A stretch of DNA of 64,000 nucleotides from an uncultured delta proteobacterium (lineage in GTDB: Bacteria; Desulfobacterota; Binatia; Binatales; Binataceae), in NCBI GenBank assembly GCA_963808235.1, contig CAWEEQ010000004.1, positions 864,001 to 928,000 on the forward strand, written 5' to 3'. Positions 10,787 to 20,120 of this stretch are shown piece after piece. How positions within the stretch are numbered: the stretch's first letter is position 1; each line of letters opens with the position of its first letter. Both the position numbers and the translations under genes were made by a program. A model generated the notes under the pieces. The model saw only the letters and a program-made list of their open reading frames with translations. It did no database searches and was not told the DNA's origin.

Positions 10787-11713
10787 ATGACACGAGCATT
10801 GGTTTTGGGTGGCGGTGGTCCGGTCGGTATCGCCTGGGAATCGGGGCTGATCGCTGGTCTCGCGGAAAAAGGCGTTGACCTGTCGCAGGCGGATTATGTC
10901 GTCGGAACTTCAGCGGGTTCAGTCGTCGGTGCGCAACTCACGCTCGGCAGTACGCCCGCGAGTTTGGTTGCGCCGATGCTTGAATCGAGCACGACGGCTT
11001 CTACTCCGACGCCGTCTGCAGCGTCGAATCAGCAAGCGCCCGATCTCACGATGCTGGTAACCAAGATGCAGGAACTGGTTTCGGGTCAGCGGCCACCTGA
11101 GCAGGTGCGCGTCGAGATTGGCGCGTGGGCGCTCAAGGCTCATACGCAGATGAGCGAGGAGGCGTGGGTCGCCGGCTTCGCGCGCATGCTTCCAAAAAAA
11201 ACCTGGCCCGAGCGCCGCTATGCATGCACTGCCGTCGACACCGCAGACGGTTCGCTCGAAGTCTGGAACAACGATTCGGGCGTCGAGCTCGAGCGGGCGG
11301 TTGCGTCGAGCTGCGCGGTGCCGGGAATATTCCCGCCGGTCACGATTCGGGGGCATCGCTACATGGACGGTGGTATGCGCTCGCCCACCAACGCGGACCT
11401 GGCGAAGGGTTACGGGACAGTTGTCGTAGTGGCAGTCACCGCGGGGCCTCGAAACAATGAGATGGCGCGCCGGTTCGGCGAAATCCTCGACAAAGAGATC
11501 AAGGTGTTGCGCGACAATGGCGCCAAAGTGGATCTGATCATTCCCGATGAGAACAGCCTCGAGTCGTTCGGCATGAACCTGATGGATTCGAGCCGCCGGA
11601 AAGACGCCGCAAATGCTGGCATCCGACAGGGACGCGCCGGATGCCGCGAAGCTACTGTCGGCGTGGAATCAGAGTTAGAGCGCCGCAAAGTCCAGCAAAG
11701 CCGTCACTCCTGA
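10787..11713 (+). CDS. Patatin-like phospholipase
   Basis: ALVLGGGG, GTSAG and DGG motifs. The true end may be TAG 11678 (...ADAAKLLSAWNQS) if a +1 indel at about 11638 is an error. Confidence 0.88.
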   Translation: MTRALVLGGGGPVGIAWESGLIAGLAEKGVDLSQADYVVGTSAGSVVGAQLTLGSTPASLVAPMLESSTTASTPTPSAASNQQAPDLTMLVTKMQELVSGQRPPEQVRVEIGAWALKAHTQMSEEAWVAGFARMLPKKTWPERRYACTAVDTADGSLEVWNNDSGVELERAVASSCAVPGIFPPVTIRGHRYMDGGMRSPTNADLAKGYGTVVVVAVTAGPRNNEMARRFGEILDKEIKVLRDNGAKVDLIIPDENSLESFGMNLMDSSRRKDAANAGIRQGRAGCREATVGVESELERRKVQQSRHS

Positions 11714-11790
11714 CCAACATACGGCGCCGTTTGGCTGCCTACCATACTTCGTGTAGAGTTTTGGGAGCACAACGTAGGGGGAGAAGATCA

Positions 11791-12288
11791 ATGCGAGTGT
11801 GGATCATGTCGGCCGCCTTGTCGGCGGTTTGTCTGCTCAGTAGCTGTGCCACTCCATATCAGCCGCAAGGCTTTACGGGGGGATACTCCGAGGAGCGGAG
11901 CAACAACATCGCGCAGGTTTCTTTTCGCGGCAACCGGTTTAATTCACCGGATACTCTTCACGCCTACCTGCTCAGAAGGTGCGCCGAAGTATCTCAGCAA
12001 AACGGGTACGACTACTTTGCGCTGGTAAACAGCGAAGCGCCGAACGACGGCGCGAAAGTCGATAAGTATACCGCCAGCACGACGATCAAAATGTTCAAAG
12101 GCGGTGACAAGGCTGACGCGGGCGTCCGTGCCTACGACGCAGCGGCCGTAATCAGAGCCGTTCCGCTTGATCCAGGTGAGACGCCCGAGGCGTCGCCACC
12201 TCCGCCTGAGGTGGTAAGCGTCGCCGGACGGATGCCCGTCCTGAATCCGAACCTCCCGACCAACGAACGTCCGCGGTATGAATTCTAA
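11791..12288 (+). CDS. Lipoprotein, CC0125/CC1285-like
   Basis: Lipobox LLSSC-ATPYQP, 'GGYSE', 'VSFRGN', 'LRRCAE...GYDYF'. Confidence 0.75.
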   Translation: MRVWIMSAALSAVCLLSSCATPYQPQGFTGGYSEERSNNIAQVSFRGNRFNSPDTLHAYLLRRCAEVSQQNGYDYFALVNSEAPNDGAKVDKYTASTTIKMFKGGDKADAGVRAYDAAAVIRAVPLDPGETPEASPPPPEVVSVAGRMPVLNPNLPTNERPRYEF

Positions 12289-12329
12289 GGCGAGCGCACT
12301 GGACGCAAGATTTCACGAGCGGTGATGTG

Positions 12330-12410
12330 TGCGAGAGGGGGGACTTGAACCCCCACGCCTTGCGGCACTGGATCCTAAGTCCAGCGCGTCTGCCATTCCG
12401 CCACTCTCGC
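12330..12410 (-). tRNA. tRNA-Leu (anticodon TAG), CCA not encoded
   Basis: GCGAGAG/CTCTCGC acceptor stem, GGCGGAATGGCAGACGC D-arm, CTGGA-CTTAGGA-TCCAG anticodon arm, variable arm, GTTCAAGTC T-loop. Confidence 0.97.
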
Positions 12411-12497
12411 GCGGAGTAATAAAGGTGATGCTTTTGACCGGCGCGAGCAACCGGCTGGGCGCGGGCGATCTCCTCTGGAGTTCCGTCGGAGCGGCCG

Positions 12498-13013
12498 CTA
12501 CTGGATCACGAGCGGGGTCGGCGCCGGCGAGGCTTTGGGCGGCGGCATCCGCATATGCTCGAAGACGGTCTTGTTGGCGGTGGCTAGTTGGCCCACTGCG
12601 GCCAGGATCCGTTGCGACATTTCGTCCGCGGCGTCCCTGCCAACTCTGAACACCGACGAATCTTCGTACACTTCTCCCGGTAAGCGGTCCGAATAGATCG
12701 TAAACGCGACCGACACCGCCGACATCGTGCCGGCAAGTTTTTTGTCGATGCCGGGCAGGCCGTCCCATAAATCCACGCACCAGAAGTGGACGGCGATTCC
12801 AAAGGCGTCGGGCTTTTCCACCAGCCGGTATGCGCTCGAGGCTTGAACTTTGGTCTTGAAGTCGGCGCAGAAATTCTGGCCGACCGAATCGGAGCAATGA
12901 CAATCGGCGAAGATGCTGACGCGGACGTCGTCGCCAGCGCTCATTCCGCTCGCAGGAAACGCGACGATGGTCAGCATCAGCAGCGCGATTGAAATTGCGG
13001 ATTTGGAATTCAA
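12498..13013 (-). CDS. Hypothetical secreted protein with Cys motifs
   Basis: TTG start just after the VOC gene stop, hydrophobic signal-like N-terminus, 'DCHCSDSVGQNFC'. Confidence 0.65.
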   Translation of the reverse strand: MNSKSAISIALLMLTIVAFPASGMSAGDDVRVSIFADCHCSDSVGQNFCADFKTKVQASSAYRLVEKPDAFGIAVHFWCVDLWDGLPGIDKKLAGTMSAVSVAFTIYSDRLPGEVYEDSSVFRVGRDAADEMSQRILAAVGQLATANKTVFEHMRMPPPKASPAPTPLVIQ

Positions 13014-13020
13014 AATCCAG

Positions 13021-13404
13021 TCACTCTTTGCAGGTCGAAATGTACCAAGTGTTTCCATAGGAATCTTTGATGCCCGCGCTTCGCTCCTGGTAAGGCTTAT
13101 CCGACGGCTCGGAAATCGAACTGGCGCCGGCCGCGAGAGCGCGCGCGTACGCCGCGTCGACATCTTCCACATATACATAAATCGAGGCGCGGGTTCCTCC
13201 CGGATGGGGCGGGTCGCCAACCTCCAGTACCACCATCGAGTCACCGATTTTTGCCTCGATATGAAACCCCTTGCCGACGGGGAGACGCTCCAACTCCACT
13301 GCCCCGAAAGCCTGGCGCAGCATGATCGGCAAATCGAGGCCGCCATAAAGATAGGGCCGGACGCTACCGACGCCGTGCCGGATGTGCTTTTGCCGCGTGG
13401 TCAT
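13021..13404 (-). CDS. VOC/glyoxalase family protein (PhnB-like)
   Basis: 'SVRPYL', 'AFGAVE', 'IGDSMV', 'YVEDVDAAYARALAAGA', 'KDSYGNTWYIST'. Confidence 0.88.
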   Translation of the reverse strand: MTTRQKHIRHGVGSVRPYLYGGLDLPIMLRQAFGAVELERLPVGKGFHIEAKIGDSMVVLEVGDPPHPGGTRASIYVYVEDVDAAYARALAAGASSISEPSDKPYQERSAGIKDSYGNTWYISTCKE

Positions 13405-13573
13405 TGTATTATTCTTTCGTATTGTTTTTGGTCGGGGAAGGTTCTTCACAATATACCAGTCGATTCGGAACGCTGGCGCCGCGCCGCCCCTTTTTTGCAC
13501 GGCGACATTGTGGCCGCCAAGTGATAGAATCCACCGATTATCATCCAGCAGAAGGAGTTTGAACATTACTCGC

Positions 13574-14650
13574 ATGACATCGATCTTTAATGGCTCGCCC
13601 GGTAGCTCGACTCGCATTTTGCCGGCTATTTTTGCCGCCGCAATTGTTTGTATCGCGCTTGCCGCGCCTCTCGTATCGGCAGACGATCCGAAAACGGTAG
13701 TTGCTACGGTCGGCGATCACAAGATCACCGAGCAGGACCTCGATCAGAAGGTTAAGCCGCAAATCGATCAGATGCGTGCGATGCTGGAAAAACGCGTCGA
13801 CGATCTGATTAAGGACAAGACCTTCGAGATCAGGCGCAAGACGCTCGAATCGATGACCGACGATTACCTGATCTCGTCAGCGGCGCAGCAGCAGAAGCTG
13901 AACCCCGACGATTACGTCAAGAAAGAATCCGCCGGAAAATCCGGGGTGACCGATGCCGACGCGAAGAAATTTTACGATCAAAACAAATCCCCGCAGACGC
14001 CGCCGTACGACCTGGTCAAGCCGCAACTGATGTCGATGCTGAACCGGCAGGCGCTGCTCGAGCGGCTGCGCAAAAACGAGCCGGTAAAGATCATGCTCGA
14101 GCCAAAGCGGGTGGCCGTCAACAGCAGCGGGAATCCTTCGCTCGGGGCCAAGGACGCGCCGATCACGATCGTCGAGTTCGCCGACTTTCAGTGCCCATAC
14201 TGCAAAGCTACCGAAAGCACGGTCAAACAACTTCGCGCCAAATATGGGGACAAGATTCGCCTCGTGCACATGGACTTTCCGCTTTCGTTTCATGCCCACG
14301 CGCTTGAAGCCGCGAACGGCGCGCGATGCGCGAACGATCAGGGCAAGTTCTGGCAGTTCCGCGACTCCGTATACGCCAACCAGGGCAAGTTGACGCCCGC
14401 GGACCTGAAGGCGACTGCGAAAACGCTCGGGATGGACACCACCAAGTTCAACGCGTGCTTCGACAAGTCCAATCATGTCGATGAAATAAAGAAGGACCAG
14501 GCCGAGGGCGAGAGACTGGGCGTCGACGGGACCCCGGCATTTTTTATCGACGGACGCCCGCTGGTGGGGGCGCAACCGATCAATCAGTTCGAGCAGATCA
14601 TCGATGATGAACTGGCGACAGGCGGCGTGAAACAGGCCTCTGCGAAATAG
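13574..14650 (+). CDS. DsbA-like thioredoxin-fold protein with a SurA-N-like N-terminus
   Basis: Signal peptide, 'VATVGDHKITEQDL', 'EFADFQCPYC', 'GTPAFFIDG', 'GAQP'. Confidence 0.9.
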   Translation: MTSIFNGSPGSSTRILPAIFAAAIVCIALAAPLVSADDPKTVVATVGDHKITEQDLDQKVKPQIDQMRAMLEKRVDDLIKDKTFEIRRKTLESMTDDYLISSAAQQQKLNPDDYVKKESAGKSGVTDADAKKFYDQNKSPQTPPYDLVKPQLMSMLNRQALLERLRKNEPVKIMLEPKRVAVNSSGNPSLGAKDAPITIVEFADFQCPYCKATESTVKQLRAKYGDKIRLVHMDFPLSFHAHALEAANGARCANDQGKFWQFRDSVYANQGKLTPADLKATAKTLGMDTTKFNACFDKSNHVDEIKKDQAEGERLGVDGTPAFFIDGRPLVGAQPINQFEQIIDDELATGGVKQASAK

Positions 14651-14721
14651 GCACCACGCGGGAGGACATTGCTCATCCGCCGGCGACAGCGGAGCCGGCC
14701 TCCTGACTTGGGTGCAGGGGC

Positions 14722-14737
14722 TGGCCCTTGCCTTGCC
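14722..14737 (+). promoter_or_regulatory. Putative sigma54 -24/-12 promoter of the SCP2/diiron operon
   Basis: TGGCCCTTGCCTTGCC = TGGC-N7-TTGC (GG-N10-GC), about 75 nt before ATG 14813; overlaps the 3' arm of a hairpin at 14694-14725. Confidence 0.45.
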
Positions 14738-14812
14738 TTCGTTATCGGTTTGTTCTTAACATTCGATCAGCAGTGATCAATTTATTGGGGAGACCGGCGG
14801 GTCTGCGGAATT

Positions 14813-15253
14813 ATGGCGATTAGCTTTCCTTCGACCGAGTATTTCGAGGCGCTGAAGGCGCAGATGGCAGCGAATGAAGAGAAATTTCGCCGCCTCGGGT
14901 TTATCGACACGACGTTTGGGGTCAGCGTCGGGGTCAATGGCAAGGCGCGCAACTTCGTGCTCGAGTTCGAGGTTTTCGACCTCAAGAATATCAGCGAAGT
15001 GCCGGCGATCGATCTGAAGAAAGTGGACTTCCAGATCGAAGGCGATTCGCGGGTGTGGCGCGAGATGATCGAAAATATCAAGCGCAACGGCGAGGCCGAC
15101 TCCTCGCACGACATCAACACGCTCGCGCATTTTGGCGAGCGTCTCAAAATTGTTTACGACGATCCGGACGGGCACGACAAACTGTACCGCTTCATGGAAT
15201 CGATCCAGGAATTTTTCGATCTCTCGAGCAAGCTCGACGTGAGTTTCAATTAG
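14813..15253 (+). CDS. SCP2 (sterol carrier)-like small protein
   Basis: 'FPSTEYFEAL..M.ANEE.F' and 'DFQIEGD..VWREMIE' patterns typical of SCP2-like proteins; 146 aa. Confidence 0.65.
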   Translation: MAISFPSTEYFEALKAQMAANEEKFRRLGFIDTTFGVSVGVNGKARNFVLEFEVFDLKNISEVPAIDLKKVDFQIEGDSRVWREMIENIKRNGEADSSHDINTLAHFGERLKIVYDDPDGHDKLYRFMESIQEFFDLSSKLDVSFN

Positions 15254-15272
15254 GCGCGGAGGCGCGGCGACG

Positions 15273-16415
15273 ATGGCATATCTTTCCACCACCAACTTCA
15301 CCGAGGACAAGGACTTCATCGACAAGTGGCTCTACACGATCAGGACCGGCGAGATGGACCTGTCGTGGATGAAGGCGGTGACCGAGAAAATCAGCCCTGA
15401 GGAAGCGAATCCGCGGCGCGGACTGACCTATCGCGACCTCAATATGGGTACGTACGGCTTCACCGATATTCCCGAGAAAGTCCGCTCGAACCGATCGTAT
15501 GCGCCGCGCGGCGCCGCGATTCCTGACGGGGTGCCGGACGCGCAGCCGTGGGTCTCGCGCAAGAGCGAGCTGTGGGCCTTCAACACCGAGAGCTATTACG
15601 AAGAAGCGGTGAGCCGGCAGTGGAACGCGACCACGGATATCCCGTGGGAACGCCTGGAAGGCGTCGAGATGTCGGAGGTGACTGGCAAGGCGCTCTCGCA
15701 GCTGATGACGTTCCTGACCGAAGTCGAGATGATCGCGACCGACACGCCCGCGATGTGGCTGCCGCGGCTGAATCCGGATTTTATCGAGGTGCGGGCGTTT
15801 ATCGCGTCGCAGGCGATGGACGAGGCTCGTCACGCGGAGGTTTTCCGCAAGCGCGCACTGACCACCGGATGGGGCCTGATGCAGGCGAGTCCACTCAACG
15901 AGATGGCGCTGAAGCATCTGCGCGACGCCGATTCGTTCAGCGAGATGTCAGTGGCGCTGCACCTGGTCGCGGAAGGCAACGTGCTGACGCTGTTCCGCTT
16001 CAGCGAATACCTGTCGCCGACTGACGTCGACAAGAAGATTTTCCGGCTGGTGATGCAGGATGAAGCGCGGCACGTCGGCTACGGCATGCAGCACTTCAAG
16101 TACGTGCTCGAGCACTTTCCGGAAAAGCGCGAAGTCCTGCACGCGCATCTTGATGAAGCGGAAAACATCTCGTTCGCAGGCGCGGCCGCGACGGAACTTA
16201 CCGAAGCGTTTATCATCCTGGCCGGCGGCGGACTCAAGAAAGAGAATATCGAACAGGGAATCAAGATAACGACTCAATTCAACCTGAAGCAGATGCAAGA
16301 GCATTTCGAGCGGCTGGAAAAATGCGGGATGCCCGAGCGCAAGGATCGCTCCAAGCTGTACAAGATGTACGAGATGGGGCGGGCCGCGGCCGAAGCGGCC
16401 GGGATCAAGCTCTGA
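15273..16415 (+). CDS. Ferritin-like diiron-carboxylate protein with intact ligands
   Basis: E (TEVE)...DEARH...AEG...DEARH ligand pattern; 'QWNATTDIPW' motif. Confidence 0.88.
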   Translation: MAYLSTTNFTEDKDFIDKWLYTIRTGEMDLSWMKAVTEKISPEEANPRRGLTYRDLNMGTYGFTDIPEKVRSNRSYAPRGAAIPDGVPDAQPWVSRKSELWAFNTESYYEEAVSRQWNATTDIPWERLEGVEMSEVTGKALSQLMTFLTEVEMIATDTPAMWLPRLNPDFIEVRAFIASQAMDEARHAEVFRKRALTTGWGLMQASPLNEMALKHLRDADSFSEMSVALHLVAEGNVLTLFRFSEYLSPTDVDKKIFRLVMQDEARHVGYGMQHFKYVLEHFPEKREVLHAHLDEAENISFAGAAATELTEAFIILAGGGLKKENIEQGIKITTQFNLKQMQEHFERLEKCGMPERKDRSKLYKMYEMGRAAAEAAGIKL

Positions 16416-16434
16416 GCTGAGGCAATAAATTTAA

Positions 16435-17553
16435 GTGGCATTTTACGCGGACAAGGATTACACGGAGGACGCCACCGTCCTCGAGGCCGCAAACCAGGTG
16501 ATGCAGGGCAACCTGTCGCTGCATTGGTACGAGGCGAAGACCGAGCGCATCAAGGGGCATCCGTCCAACATGAAGCGCGGCCTGACCTATCAGGACCTCG
16601 ACATCGGAAGTTACGGCTATACCAATATTCCTGAGAACGTGCGCAACAGCCAGTCGATGGTTTCCCGCGGCAGCGAAAAATACGGCAAGCTGCCGGACAT
16701 GGGCTACGTCGTGAATCGCAAGTCCGACGTGTGGTCCGATAACGTCAGCGAACTTTACGAGGAATCGAAGGCGCGGCGCTGGGTGCCGGCGACGGATATC
16801 CCGTGGAAAGAACTGCACGCGCATCCGCTCGGTCATGAGCTCGAAGTCGCATGCTCGCAGCTCTACACGTTTCTGCAGGAATGCCAGATCGTCTCGATGG
16901 ATTTTCCGTCGCGATGGGTTCCACTAATCAACCAGGATTTTCTCGAACAGAAAAGCTGGATGTGCGCGCAGATGCTCGACGCCTCGCGCCTGCTCGAAGC
17001 GTTTCGCAAGCGCGCGCTGTACGGCGGCACCGGCCTAGGGCGTGCGAGCGTGACCGCAGAGCAGGGCCTCAAGGAATGGCTGTGGGCGGACAAGTATCCG
17101 CTGGGCTCGGTGTCGATCAACCTGTCGCTGGCGGGTTTCTTGCTGGTCGTCTATCGGCAGATTGCGGCGTTCGCGCCGACGCCAGTCGATCGCGCGATCA
17201 TGGGCTACGCGATGCAGGACGCGGGGCGCCAGGTCGCGTACGGATTCGGCCAGCTTCGCTATCATCTGAAGCATCGCCCGCTCGAAGTGAATACGATCGA
17301 AGAATATCTCGACGACACCGAGCATGCGCTGCTTGGACTGATCGGAAGTCCCGAGCTGCTCGAGCCCATGATCATAATATGCGGCGGCGGGCTGGAAAAA
17401 GCGCAGGTCGACAAGGGCCGCATCGCAACCGCGAAGTTCATCCGCCTCGTGGTGCGCGAGTACATGGAGAGGATCGCTGCGGCAGGCCTCCCCGGGCATA
17501 AGGGACGCAGCCGCATCCCCGCGATGATCGATCGAATCGCAGCACCCGCGTAG
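16435..17553 (+). CDS. Ferritin-like paralog lacking the iron ligands (putative non-catalytic subunit)
   Basis: Aligns end to end with the upstream protein (RGLTYQDL, WVPATDIPW, FRKRAL), but the ExxH motifs become DASRL and DAGRQ. Confidence 0.85.
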   Translation: MAFYADKDYTEDATVLEAANQVMQGNLSLHWYEAKTERIKGHPSNMKRGLTYQDLDIGSYGYTNIPENVRNSQSMVSRGSEKYGKLPDMGYVVNRKSDVWSDNVSELYEESKARRWVPATDIPWKELHAHPLGHELEVACSQLYTFLQECQIVSMDFPSRWVPLINQDFLEQKSWMCAQMLDASRLLEAFRKRALYGGTGLGRASVTAEQGLKEWLWADKYPLGSVSINLSLAGFLLVVYRQIAAFAPTPVDRAIMGYAMQDAGRQVAYGFGQLRYHLKHRPLEVNTIEEYLDDTEHALLGLIGSPELLEPMIIICGGGLEKAQVDKGRIATAKFIRLVVREYMERIAAAGLPGHKGRSRIPAMIDRIAAPA

Positions 17554-17608
17554 GGTCGTGTCGAAGACGCCTATTTTCTGCGATCTGCCGCACTGCTAGT
17601 CTGTTCGG

Positions 17609-19630
17609 ATGCCAAAATTGAGTTCCTCGCTGATTGCCGGCGCGCCGGTGTCGCCGGATTGTTCCCCTGAGGCGCCGGCCGCGCCTTCCGACGAGCCCGA
17701 CCAACCTCGCAGGCGCGGCTTCTTCGCGCGCCTCTCGAATCGGATAGTTCCGCAAACCGCGCTGGTGCGCTTTCTCGGCTACGTGCGGCCGCATCTGTGG
17801 CTGGTGGCGGGCGGCTCGGTGATGGGAATCCTGAAATTCACGCTGCCGCTCGCGTTCCCGCTCGCATTTAAATATGTCTTCGATGTCTTGCTGGTTCCGC
17901 AGCCGCATCCTGAGCATCTGAACCAGATGATCGACCGATGGTGCAGCTCGCTTGCCGCGACGATGCATCTTGGCGTCGGTTCCGCGCCCAAGCTCGAGGC
18001 TCTGACCGCCGCGCTGTTTGCGCTTTTCCTCGTGCAGGCGATCGCGACTTACTACCGCAACTATTGGGCGAGCATGGCGGGGCATCGCCTGATCTTCGAT
18101 CTTCGCTACGCGCTCTATCTGCACATGCAGCGCTTGTCGCATTCGTTTTTCGATCGCACTGCGTCGGGCGCGGTGGTCTCGCGATTCATTTCCGACATCT
18201 CGATGGCGCAGAACTTCGTCGGCTCGGCGATGATCAACATCTGGATGGACGGCGTGTCGCTGGGCTTCGTCATCTGGCTGCTGTTCTATCTGAATACGCG
18301 CCTGGCGTGGATTTCGCTGATCGTAATTCCATTCTACGTCGCCGTGATCAGGATTCTGTCGCCACGAATCAAGGAGACCAGCCACGACCTGCAGGAAGTG
18401 GTCGAAGAATTTTCCGGCGAGCTGCAGGAGCGCGTCGCGGGAGTGGCGACAGTGAAATCGTTCGCGCGCGAGGCCGACGAGGCGCGCCGGTTCCATCAGC
18501 GCACCACCGAGCTTTACGACCTGACGATCGAGAGCGTGAAACTGTCGTCAACGCATCAGATGTTCACCGAGTTCATCTCGCGCGGCGCGCCGCTGCTGGT
18601 CATCTGGGCAGGCGCGCTGATGATCATGAACGGCAAGATGACGATTGGAACCGTGGTCGCGTTCTTCGCGTTTCTCGGCGCGTTATACCTGCCGCTGCAG
18701 CGATTCTCCGAATTGTCGATCATCGTCGCGACCGCTCTGGCAGCCATCGAGCGTATCTTTCAGTTCTTTGACGAAACGCCCGAAGTGCACGACGCCCCGG
18801 GCGCGATGGCGCTCGCCGTTACGAACGGCCGGGTCCAGATCGAGCACCTGGGATTCGGCTACAAGCCGCTCGACGGTGGCCCGGCGCGAAGAATTCTCCA
18901 CGACGTGTGCCTCGACGTGCCAGCCGGTACAACCGTGGCACTGGTGGGGCGCTCGGGCGCGGGCAAGACCACGCTCGCGGGATTGATTCCGCGCTTTTAC
19001 GAACTTGGCGCGGGCCGGATCCTGATCGATGGCGCCGACATCTCCGCGGTGACGCTCAAGTCGCTCAGAAACGCGATCGGTATCGTTCCCCAGGACGCAA
19101 TCCTGTTCAGTGCGTCGATTCGCGAGAATGTGCAATACGGCCGCCCGGGCGCTCCTGATGCGGACCTGTGGCGCGCGCTCGAGCAGGCCAATATCCGCGA
19201 TTTCGTCGAGTCGCTGCCCGACCAGCTCGACACGATGATAGGCGAGGGCGGGGTGCGTCCTTCGACCGGTCAGCGTCAGCGCCTGGCGCTCGCGCGGGTG
19301 TTTCTGAAAAATCCGCCGATTCTGATCCTCGACGAAGCGACCTCGGGACTCGATTCGGAGGTCGAGAACCTGATCCACGACGCGGTGCGGCGTCTGATGA
19401 ACGGCCGGACGTCGTTCCTGATTGCGCATCGGCTCGCCAGCGCAGTGGATGCTGACGTGATCGTCGTGCTCGATCGCGGCGAAGTCGTCGAGGTTGGCGG
19501 ACATTCCGAGCTGGTGAAGCGAGCCGGAGTTTATGCGCAACTGTTCAACGAGCAGACGCGCAAGCTGCGACTGACGCCGGGCCATATCGCGCGAGTACCT
19601 GGCTCGCTGAGCCCTGCGGTGAAAGCCTGA
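17609..19630 (+). CDS. ABC exporter, fused permease/ATPase (Sav1866/MsbA-like)
   Basis: TMD followed by GRSGAGKT, PSTGQRQR, ILILDEATSGLD and IAHRL. Confidence 0.92.
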   Translation: MPKLSSSLIAGAPVSPDCSPEAPAAPSDEPDQPRRRGFFARLSNRIVPQTALVRFLGYVRPHLWLVAGGSVMGILKFTLPLAFPLAFKYVFDVLLVPQPHPEHLNQMIDRWCSSLAATMHLGVGSAPKLEALTAALFALFLVQAIATYYRNYWASMAGHRLIFDLRYALYLHMQRLSHSFFDRTASGAVVSRFISDISMAQNFVGSAMINIWMDGVSLGFVIWLLFYLNTRLAWISLIVIPFYVAVIRILSPRIKETSHDLQEVVEEFSGELQERVAGVATVKSFAREADEARRFHQRTTELYDLTIESVKLSSTHQMFTEFISRGAPLLVIWAGALMIMNGKMTIGTVVAFFAFLGALYLPLQRFSELSIIVATALAAIERIFQFFDETPEVHDAPGAMALAVTNGRVQIEHLGFGYKPLDGGPARRILHDVCLDVPAGTTVALVGRSGAGKTTLAGLIPRFYELGAGRILIDGADISAVTLKSLRNAIGIVPQDAILFSASIRENVQYGRPGAPDADLWRALEQANIRDFVESLPDQLDTMIGEGGVRPSTGQRQRLALARVFLKNPPILILDEATSGLDSEVENLIHDAVRRLMNGRTSFLIAHRLASAVDADVIVVLDRGEVVEVGGHSELVKRAGVYAQLFNEQTRKLRLTPGHIARVPGSLSPAVKA

Positions 19631-19634
19631 CTGG

Positions 19635-19973
19635 TCAGAATCTCGAAATCAGGAACATGAACACGACCAGCAGAACCGCGGCGGCCATCGCGGCCTGAAC
19701 GAAGATCACCTTCCAGTTGAGCGCCGGCGCCAAGGTCGGATCGCTGGTCTGGTACTTTACGGTGATCGCTGCGCTGGAGCGCTGAGCCGCGGGAGCCATC
19801 TGCTCTATCGGAGGCATACCCGGGTTGCGGATCCAGAGTTGGCGAGGTTGGGGTTTGTAGATACCCTTCCCGGCCTGATTGGTGACTGAGAGCACGTGGA
19901 TGCGCTCTCCGGCTCCGCGCACCCATTCTTCGTATTCATCGGCGCTGACGAATTGTCTGGTGAATATACTCAT
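19635..19973 (-). CDS. Small hypothetical protein with a C-terminal TM helix
   Basis: ORF 19635..19979 with a hydrophobic C-terminus; fills the gap between neighbouring genes. Confidence 0.6.
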   Translation of the reverse strand: MSIFTRQFVSADEYEEWVRGAGERIHVLSVTNQAGKGIYKPQPRQLWIRNPGMPPIEQMAPAAQRSSAAITVKYQTSDPTLAPALNWKVIFVQAAMAAAVLLVVFMFLISRF

Positions 19974-20120
19974 GTTCACCCAAGCCCCCGAAACGTTTTG
20001 TCGTCCGACTAACCCGACATCCTAAGTGACAGAAATTAATTATTCCCGCCGCGAATGGCAAGTCATTTCTGAGCTTTATGCACATGGTATCAACTGAGGT
20101 CCGCTTCCGGTGAATTGTGG

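Noticed and set aside
12313-12903. ORFs overlapping tRNA-Leu (and 22341..22709 over tRNA-Ser)
   Set aside because: Translations of tRNA sequence
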